Part shown: one piece after another, positions 55,601 through 64,000 of the stretch | How positions within the stretch are numbered: the first letter of the stretch is position 1 | Layout: each line of letters starts with the position of its first letter | From: Tubiluchus corallicola | Lineage: Eukaryota; Animalia; Priapulida | Direction: 5' to 3' | Length of the DNA stretch: 64,000 nt | Assembly (NCBI GenBank): GCA_030141605.1 | Contig: JAQGDQ010000033.1 | Location: 988,219-1,052,218 of the forward strand | Notes under the pieces: generated by a model | What the model was told of the DNA's origin: nothing | Databases searched by the model: none | What the model saw: the letters and a program-made list of their open reading frames with translations, nothing else | Position numbers and translations under genes: made by a program

Positions 55601-56599
55601 AGTTAAGGACTTTTATTTATAATAATAATTATATGTTGTTCAATGCTTACACGACTTAAAGGTTCACTGACACCCTGGGAAACACTTGGTGTTAGAATTC
55701 ACTTCTAGCTAGCGAAATATAAGTAAACAGGTTTATTTCTTTATAAACTTGTGTGTTTAGCTCTGGTTAGCACTGAAACACTTCAAATTTAGTGGCGAAG
55801 AGAGACATTTTGCGAAAAAGGGAAAATCAGGGAAGAAAGCAGAAATGACCCTCGCTGTATTTATATGTAGGCAAACTCAAATGGTAATAGAGGGATTGGG
55901 GCATATGAGTGATTTGGTCGATAATCATATTAAAAATAGCATTAATAATATATTGTTACTTATTATTCATTTAGCTTAAAACCATTATTATGGCCTTACA
56001 GGTACATGCAATTTTGCTTATTTTCCTTTTTAGTGTCACTATTGCATAGCCAAAATTAATTTGTTTGCTATTAGGCTTTTAATTAGTTAGTTTTACCCAT
56101 AGAATTCTTTATTAATTTTGTTTTCACTTTGTTTTACGTAAATTTGCATAATTTTATTTACTATAATTGTTTGCCATCAATTTAATTTTGATCTATTCCT
56201 ATTCTATTCTTTATTTTGTTCTAAAAGTAATATTAATATTTGCTCGCCATGCTGAAATTAGTAGACTCATTATTTAGGGATGGCAGACTAGATCCATCCG
56301 GTCCTTCTATAAGCTTTGTAACTCATTGTTATATGCTATCTATGATTGTTATTCTGAAGGCAAAAATCAATAAATAATTATTAATATTAATTATTATACT
56401 TTTTATAAATTCAATGGTAATAACTTTTGCCAATTGTAGTTAAGCCACGTAAGCCTTAAACAACAAATAAGACACTAAGTACTCTCTAGTTCAGACTTGC
56501 CTTCGCTGCATCTGGACTTTCAGGTGCAGGACCATAACTCATGGTCTCGAAAATGTCTGAAATTGAATTTTCTTGCTTGACCGCTGCAGAGGCCGCCAT
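42211..56599 (-). CDS. ALDH16A1: Aldehyde dehydrogenase family 16 (full ALDH unit + extra C-terminal Rossmann-like domain), 829 aa by manual splicing
   Basis: 15 phase-consistent exons (minus): 56599-56501, 53443-53211, 52797-52619, 52142-52028, 51131-50984, 49359-49207, 48752-48555, 48215-48111, 46016-45774, 45435-45278, 45020-44853, 44522-44318, 44233-44048, 43449-43351, 42411-42211. Motifs [84 protein letters not shown]. Confidence 0.93.
42640..43125 (-). mobile_element. 3' remnant of a non-LTR retrotransposon in the last ALDH16 intron
   Basis: [29 protein letters not shown], a frameshift, then [10 protein letters not shown]; typical LINE ORF2 C-terminal zinc-knuckle region, followed on - by AATAAA and a TAT-rich tail. 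Confidence 0.65.
46525..46975 (+). repeat. GT-rich low-complexity repeat with (CAT)n tracts; related copy at 47735-47960
   Basis: (TGG/TGT)n and (CAT)n runs. Both copies end similarly: TTTATGCATAAAATCT..GGGTTTGTCTAGT versus TTTATGCGCAAAATTCT..GGGTTGGCTAGT. Confidence 0.7.
47735..47960 (+). repeat. Second, shorter copy of the GT-rich repeat
   Basis: TGGTGTGGTGTGG runs and the shared 3' end described for 46525-46975. Confidence 0.6.
51473..51841 (-). mobile_element. Degraded inverted copy of the hAT MITE at 56740-57114
   Basis: TAGTGGTAAACATACTCTATCAAAAAGTGAATTCAAATCGAAT aligns to the reverse complement of 57073-57114; the interior (TGCATGATGTTTCAA, AAAAAACTCGTTC) also aligns; many CpG-type transitions. 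Confidence 0.8.
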
Positions 56600-56739
56600 A
56601 TTGGCATGTTCAATAAGACTTGCCAGACATATCACATCGAGAAAAAGCTACATGTTCTCATTCTTTACGGCTAATAGTAAATAACTAGTTCTAATAATTA
56701 TAGTTGTCTCTAATTTTTACAAAATACATGCATAAACGA

Positions 56740-57114
56740 TAGGGGTGAGCATCGAACGTTCGAGTTCGAAAGTTCGAATCGAATTCGAACGAGTTTTTTA
56801 GTTCGAATCCAAAACTATAGATTCGAATAATTCAGCACTTCAATCACACATGTTCTTTATCACTAAAACGATTGAAACATCATGCAATTAGCATAATTTA
56901 GCTGTGATTTCTGCACACAATTTTAAAGAAATTACTAGTCGTTTTATTACAGAAGAAAATCTAGTGATATGCATGATCTTTGTAAGACTAATTTTTGCTG
57001 GTGGTTCGAAAATCTTTCGATCTCAATTCGAATTCGAAACACTGAAGTTCGGTTCGATTCGAAAGTCACAAATTCGGTTCGAATTCGCTTTCCGGTAGAG
57101 AATGTTCACCCCTA
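56740..57114 (+). mobile_element. hAT MITE with perfect 8-bp TSD and TTCGAA-rich subterminal repeats
   Basis: TAGGGGTGAGCAT ... ATGTTCACCCCTA; ATAAACGA on both sides (56732-56739, 57115-57122). Confidence 0.9.
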
Positions 57115-60100
57115 ATAAACGAAAATAAAATTTTAGTATAAAACAGATAAGACAAGGGTTGACGAAAAGGCCAACCATCATCATGTCAGCCACCCCTTTC
57201 TCAAATTAAAATAAAACTATTTCGCAGAATAAAATTTTCATATTTCTTTTGCGTTTATTCGGTAATTTGCTGATGTTTTTATTTACCGTGAGAGAGAAAT
57301 GAGTTAAAATCGTGAGCTCGCGGCAAAGCGGCAGCGCAATGTGCGAGCTTAGTGGGTAACTATAACAATAAAATTTTCTTTGTAGATTCTACAGCTATAC
57401 ACTTTTGTTTTGTTTTTCTATATATAAATTAGCACTGAAAGTAAATAAAAAGTATGATCTCTGGTGTAGCTAATATCAATAGGTCCCGACGTGACTTACG
57501 ACTATTCTACGACGAATCATATCCGTAATGACCGAGAATGACACAAACTAACATGTAAATGTTATCATATGCAAATACAAAAGAGATGATTAATACGTTA
57601 AGCCAATATGCATAATTATGAAACATAGAAATGTTTTCATGGCTTATAATTTATCATCTATAGTGTGCACGCTGCTTTCAAAATTGTAATACAAACGCCT
57701 TTGGGTTCATATTACCTAAAACAGTAACTGTGAAAGTTACAAAAATAATTTGGTAACAACTAACAATCAAGTTTTATTCACAAATCACAAAACAACGAAA
57801 ATATTTTTGTACAGACAAAAATTTGCTTGACGTAGAGTTGCATTCTAATAATAGTAATTATAATGACGACTATAAACAGCACAATTATCAAAACAGAGTG
57901 AAAATTATGCAAAATACAATACTTTGTTTACCTACACTTAACAAGAGTTATAGCCAAATGCAACCAATAACTCCAATTTCAATCATGGTATACTTTTAAG
58001 TGTAATTAACCTCAAGTATAATAGATTTTGAACATAAGCAAGATCAAGTATTGTAATTTAAATGAGAGACAAGCTAAACGTCTCAGACACAAAATTTTGT
58101 ATTTCAGTACCATTATTGAGCTATAGGCAAAATGCACTGCAAACATAAAAAACAACTGTTTTACTCTCATTTTAACAGCAATCGCAGATATTATACATTT
58201 ATCTTTATCATAATCAGTACCAAGTAAAAATTCTAACAACACTTAGTCTTGGGTGCACAGTTTTATATAACTACATTTTTTATATACAGTTAAGTCAAGT
58301 TTGGGGACATACTTTTTACGTAATAATATTCAGTTTTTAAAGTGCAAATAAATGAAAAAAATTACAATTCTAGCAAACAGACAAAGTAAGGCACATGTCA
58401 TTAATTATAGTCAAGAACCATTTAAATTCATATAAAAATAATAAAGCGAATACTAATAAAGTAAGCAAGCTTGATAAACAAATTTTTGAATCACTACAAA
58501 AAACTTGATTAATCTTTGGAGTTGATATCACGAAAATAAGCCATTGTGTTTTTGTTCTTTTATACCACATTACAGATACTTATTTCTGCTAGCAAAAATC
58601 ATGTCTAATAGATCAGCAGAAAGTGTGGTTCCACTCTTACAGTGGCATGTAAAAAAGTCCAATGACCTCAGCAAATAAATAAATCTAAGAAAGCTTACAA
58701 GCACTAATGACTGGAACTGATTATTACAAATACAAAAATTCCATATTATCATCTATTATTATACATATAGTTACATATAGTTAATATTACTTAGATGTTA
58801 TAAATTTACACTATAAAGAAATATACTTTAGACAATTAAGACAAGTATGCACTAACGTAAATATGAAAACATCAAATCATTCAATTAGTAGACTACAACT
58901 TAGCAAAAAAGATCTACATTTAAATTTAGTAAAAAAATTATTACAATTTCAGATAAGTTACTGGATAAATGAAAAATAAAAACCCAGTTAACACTAACAA
59001 GTCCCAAGCAATTTTTTTCAAGAGGAGTCAGGTTATTATAACATTTTGCAAGCAAATCAAGAAGTTACTGGGTACTGGGTATTCGCATGAAAACAGGAAA
59101 ATATCATTTTCTCAATGTTTGCATGAGTAAGATGGTTAAACAGGTCAAGCTACTAGGATGATAATGGGGACACACTACTGGATGGTAATGTCTTAGAAAC
59201 CTGGCAAGCGGAAATGCTATGCAAAACTACTTGTATCAACTATTACACAAATGAGGAAAATGTAACGTAAATAACTTTTTCCCTACATGCTCCAATGACA
59301 ATACTTGACTAAACAATCCTGTAATTAATTCATCACCTGTTTTAGGCATTTTAGCCTAAAGTAAAATCAAATATAACTAGTTATCATCCCACATTAGACT
59401 ACAACAAAGAATTAGTTCCATAAAATATCTACACACACATATACAAGTGAAAACCATATACCATATACATATTACCCTGGGTGTCCAGCACACGGTTTTG
59501 TAAAGACTGTGTACTTTTCAGTTTTGTAATGATTACATTTTTTGACACTTGATATTTCATTAACATAATGACCTGTGCTTTTATACTATTCACAAATAAT
59601 AATGAATTAGTCTTAGAAGACGAAAGTATGTGCAGTCCAATGTAGTAGTCGCCGTTTAATAAATCCACTAATAGACCAGCAATAAGTAGCCTTAATAAAC
59701 GACAGTTAAATTATGCGGCTGTCTGTCATAAGTGTGTGAATGTATTTGGTAAAATACAGTAAGTAACCACTTAACCCTAATTAAAATGTTATGCACATAT
59801 CCACAAGATGTTCACCAATGCTAACTAAATGCATCACCTTTACCAATTTTGTAAAACATGTACTGGCTGTCAATTTTAGGTACATGTAGTTAATTCTCTC
59901 ATCCTTTTTTATAAGAAATGCATACACACAAACTTATGCATTTAGTCTAATTTCTTTTAAATTATTTTATTTAATCCAAAATTTAGTCCATTTGCCTGAC
60001 ACAATTTAACACATTACACACAAAAACTTTGCTTACAGGCTTAAGTAGACATACTGCAGTCAGCTGAATCACATGCATACGGAATGAATCTACCGTACAA

Positions 60101-61338
60101 GTTTATTAAATAGACTAAAATGTACTTTAGCAGCTGTACATGCAGGGCAATTATGCTGGAACAGTAGACTTTAACTTCAGTGTGATTTTGACTAAGCAGA
60201 GGTGAATTTAGGAAACTGGACTTAAATTTTAATTGCGTATCTTAAAAATAAGCAATTAATAAAAAATATATTTTATTTTTTCATTCTGCTATTGTTTTTG
60301 TCATATAATACTGAAAAAATTTAGTCTAATTAAAAGGCACATTGGTTCTATTATCCGAATTTTCTTAACAATAATTTCTATGGGGGTAATTCCAGACAGT
60401 GCCTAAATGGATCTAGAATGTAGTTGCTTTTTATCGGTGCCTTTACCAAGTGGCCACTACTGCATAATGAATGCTTACTAATGCAAACCTCCACAATACA
60501 AATTTTGGATAATCTTGAACACTTTTTTTAAAATTAATATTATCTGTCCTGACAGACGTATTTGCAACTGACAGATGTATTTGCAAGTAGGACAATTTTT
60601 GTTCAATAAGTTCTTGTAGACTTAAATGCCCTTTACATAATTTTAAATTTTTGCAAGTTAAAAAATTCATGTAAACCTTATATCGCCTGCCTAAGTAAAA
60701 TATGATCCAGTAATTAGAACAGCAACAGCCATAGAACAAAGCCTAGAAAGTGCATATGAAAAAACACTGCAGTCATTGTGACCACATAAAAAATTCCAAG
60801 AATTAGATTAATCTATTACTTCTTCAATCAATCCTGTCATCATTAGTTTCATGACAGTAATAGTGCACTGAGATCACAGAAGTTTCTGCTTATATGCAGT
60901 TCCTGCACTACAAGTACAAAGACTAGAAAAAGCAAGCAAAAAACCGAAAGTAACAAGAGCTTGTTTGTTTCGATATTACATTCTAGCATTTTTGTTATGA
61001 CGTAGTCTAAGCCGAAACTAAATTTCTGCGAGCAATTTATGGACAAACATTTAGGATTACGTGATTTGCAAAACTAAGTTCATAAAATGCATGAGAACAA
61101 TAGGCAATAGAGAAGAAATGCTAAATTGTGAAACACTGAAAATGAGAATGGTGCAAATACATTCTGCATGTGTAGTAAAAAGAATACATTCAAATGATAG
61201 CTAGTAAAAATTTAATACAATACACAATATTTCATTAGTTTTTCTTTGGCTAGAAAACCAATCACCACTAATCAGTCCTCCAGCAATTTTGTGTTTTATT
61301 CTCGAGACCGAGGTTGTATCTAGACATAAAGAATATGC

Positions 61339-63592
61339 CTAGAACACTCTCATTGGTTGGACAACTTCACTCAGCCCTGCCTTTTCCCTGCATTTTTTCA
61401 TGAGTGCCCGTAGCATGAACTGCTTTCGAGACAATTCTCGAACATGCTACAAAATAGAACAAACATACATTAGTAAACTTTATGTTAACTTCCACATGTT
61501 TTGGTATGAAACAGCAGTTGGGAAATAACAAAAAAATATAACAGTATGACACAACGGCCAAAGATACTAAAAAAAGAAATCTTTTTGAGACTATGAGAAA
61601 AACTGATTTGACCTAATCAAATACATTTTGGTGAGAGTTATCAACTACTGATGACATCACAAACTAACATAATTTTCAACACTAAAAATATTCCTGTTGC
61701 ACATGTTTGCAAGTATGAAGTACAGTGCTACTGTAAGATGTTCAGTGTGTTGTACTATAACTAGGCAAGTTTTAAGATAAAAATTCAAATTTCAAATTTA
61801 CAACTATGCTCACGCATGAGCTGTCGAATGTATGTAGTTTGTCACAAACTAACACATTTGAACTGAAAGGTACAGTACCTGTTTTTTGGGCAACGCATTT
61901 TCAAAATGCAGGCACGTTTACCCGTCTAACTAGCGAAAGATGAAATGCAAGTAACAATGAGGAACTAGCGACGCCAATGCAAAATTGTGTTTGTGTGGTG
62001 ATAATTCTTTCACATAAGTTATTTTTGAAAAAACAGTACGTTCCCTTTCTATATTTTAAAGAGTAGATTGTTTTCCGTTTCAGATTGGGTATGGTTTTGC
62101 TTTAAGCTTAAATGTTAAATTTGAAAATACCTGAAAATAAAGTGCAGTTTCAAAGTGATCCTTGTTTAAAAACTGTGATGTACAGTAACATATGCAAATG
62201 TTCTTTAAGCATTTGTCATTACTGCAGTCTCAAACTATTTAAAAGGTGTAGGCAAATTTTTACCAACCTTTAAGAAAACATCTATTTCTATGACACCTTT
62301 TCGTAATGCTTCTCCTAAATAATATATAGCATCTTGTGTTGCGTTTTCATCAGCAAATGCAGTTAGCAATCTACAAAACAATAAAAGGAAATTAAATTTA
62401 TTGTCATATTTTGCTAACAACAGACTCTGAAATACAAATGCGATACTATGCAGAACAGGTATGACAAAAAATACAAGAATATAAGTAGCATTCAAAAGTA
62501 CAAAGTGAAATACAATATTGATGACTACAATTGCAAAATTCATTATGAATCATTATTTCTATTATAGTAGTTGTAATAACCTAATAATCTAAACTTTTTA
62601 AAGTGCTTGTTGTTTGGCTGAGTATCTTCTGCCTACTAAGTCTCAGTTATTAAGAATTATTAGAAAATGATTTAAAATTACTTACCAGTTTTTGCAAATA
62701 TGGTCCAGGTTTTTCCTTGTTCTTATTTTTACAACAAAAATGCAATAAAAAATGTTTGCAGTGCAGTGACTTAGATGCATTACTTATTAGCTTTAACAAT
62801 AATTTGTTATGTGAAATAACAAAATTAATTTTGCTACCACCCCTTTAGCAACGATATGTTCTTTGTTAATGTAAAATGTTTATTTTTTTGTCTTTTTACA
62901 GCTGTCACATTGAACCAATAGGTTCATATTATTTCAAATGCTCAAAAACAAAGATCAAATGCCCTGAGAATTAAAGGCCTATATAACCCCACCAGACACT
63001 GAAGTTTTTTTAATGCACTATTATGATTCACAAAGATTTCACAGTTATTATTAAAAAAGAAGCTTATAAATTAAATAATTTACCATTTTCTGATGAATTT
63101 CAAACGCGTGCTTTGCCATAAAGATCACCATGTTTCGCATCTTTGGCACAAGTGAGCGAGAATGACATGCCTAGTACAGAAGGCGTCTTTGGTTGGTGAT
63201 GTATGTTTACCATTTTTGGTAACCTCGTGACCGTACTCATAATGTCATTCATATCTCGTGCAACGAAAAATGGCGGCTCTTGAAATTTAATACTGCCAAC
63301 AATGAAGTGATAAAAAATCAAAAGAAACAAGTTTTACAGTAATTTTATAAGAAAATAAATTGAATACTCGTAATGAGAGTAGGATTTTAAGTTGTAGTTT
63401 GACTTTAAGTGCAGAAAGAAAGGTTTCTTGGCAAAAATGGATGTAAGTCTCTACTTACTGTCTATACAAAGGTGCAGTTGTCACCACTGCTTCATCAATA
63501 TCAACTTGATCCTGTTGTTCCATTTTAGTTAAAACTTGTTTTAGATCCTCCATCTTATCTTTTAGTAACGATATGTTTTCTGTTACATCATG
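61339..63592 (-). CDS. TSG101: Tumor susceptibility gene 101 (ESCRT-I Vps23), last three exons; 5' part outside window
   Basis: Exons (minus) 63592-63459, 62370-62268, 61446-61339: ..VDIDEAVVTTAPLYRQLLTAFADENATQDAIYYLGEALRKGVIEIDVFLKHVRELSRKQFMLRALMKKCREKAGL, the steadiness box / Vps23 core. Confidence 0.95.
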
Positions 63593-64000
63593 CTAATGTA
63601 AAAACATTATATCAATGTGATTATAAAAATAATAAACAGCTCTGCTTATTTATAAATAAGTATTTACTTTGTATAATGAATCCAGCAAGCTTAGAAGGCA
63701 TTTTTTCACATTTCTCAAAAGTATTTCATTTTCTAAGTGTAGGGTGAAACAATCAAGTATAAATTTTTTAGGTAAAGGTTTTCTTTCTTAAAATAAGTTT
63801 GTATTACAATTATTGATGAATGAGTTTCACTTATGATGTATATCCAAAAACACAGAGTAAGCGAAAAGATTAAACAAAAACTCTTTCTGATTAATTCCTT
63901 TCATCATCTAAAAAACTGTGTTGAAAACAACTTTTCATTTTTATAAGTAACAGAGCAAAGAGTATCAAAGAATAATATTTCTAAATAATCACAGAATTGA

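Noticed and set aside
60330-60444. Short AAAGGCAC ... GTGCCTTT inverted repeat (Kolobok-like ends)
   Set aside because: Match too short and the TTAA flank is incomplete.
1-64000. CRISPR arrays, operons, rRNA or functional tRNA genes
   Set aside because: No regularly spaced repeat-spacer array or intact structural RNA seen; all intact genes have spliceosomal introns.

Overview
AT-rich, intron-rich eukaryotic DNA that looks like an invertebrate animal genome; the species cannot be determined from the sequence. Splicing by hand (GT/GC-AG boundaries, reading-frame phases checked) gives: (1) the 3' part of a divergent CUT-class homeobox gene on + (at least 3 CUT repeats plus a homeodomain); (2) directly behind it on +, an AT-hook plus 9-zinc-finger exon series with no start exon of its own; (3) a 10-exon thymidine phosphorylase (TYMP) on - with two intact copies of exon 4; (4) a short Ufm1-specific protease (UFSP1-like) on +; (5) an intronless rhodopsin-class GPCR pseudogene on -; (6) a 15-exon ALDH16 on - that keeps its catalytic Cys; (7) the last three exons of TSG101 on -. 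Introns and spacers hold hAT and TA-type MITEs, LINE remnants, tRNA-derived SINE-like sequences and microsatellites. Two leads stand out: a possible CUT-domain transcription factor that swaps its C-terminus between a homeodomain and an AT-hook/zinc-finger array by alternative last-exon use, and mutually exclusive exons across part of the thymine-binding pocket of thymidine phosphorylase. Both are inferred from DNA only and need transcript data. No prokaryotic-type features (CRISPR, operons, rRNA) were seen.
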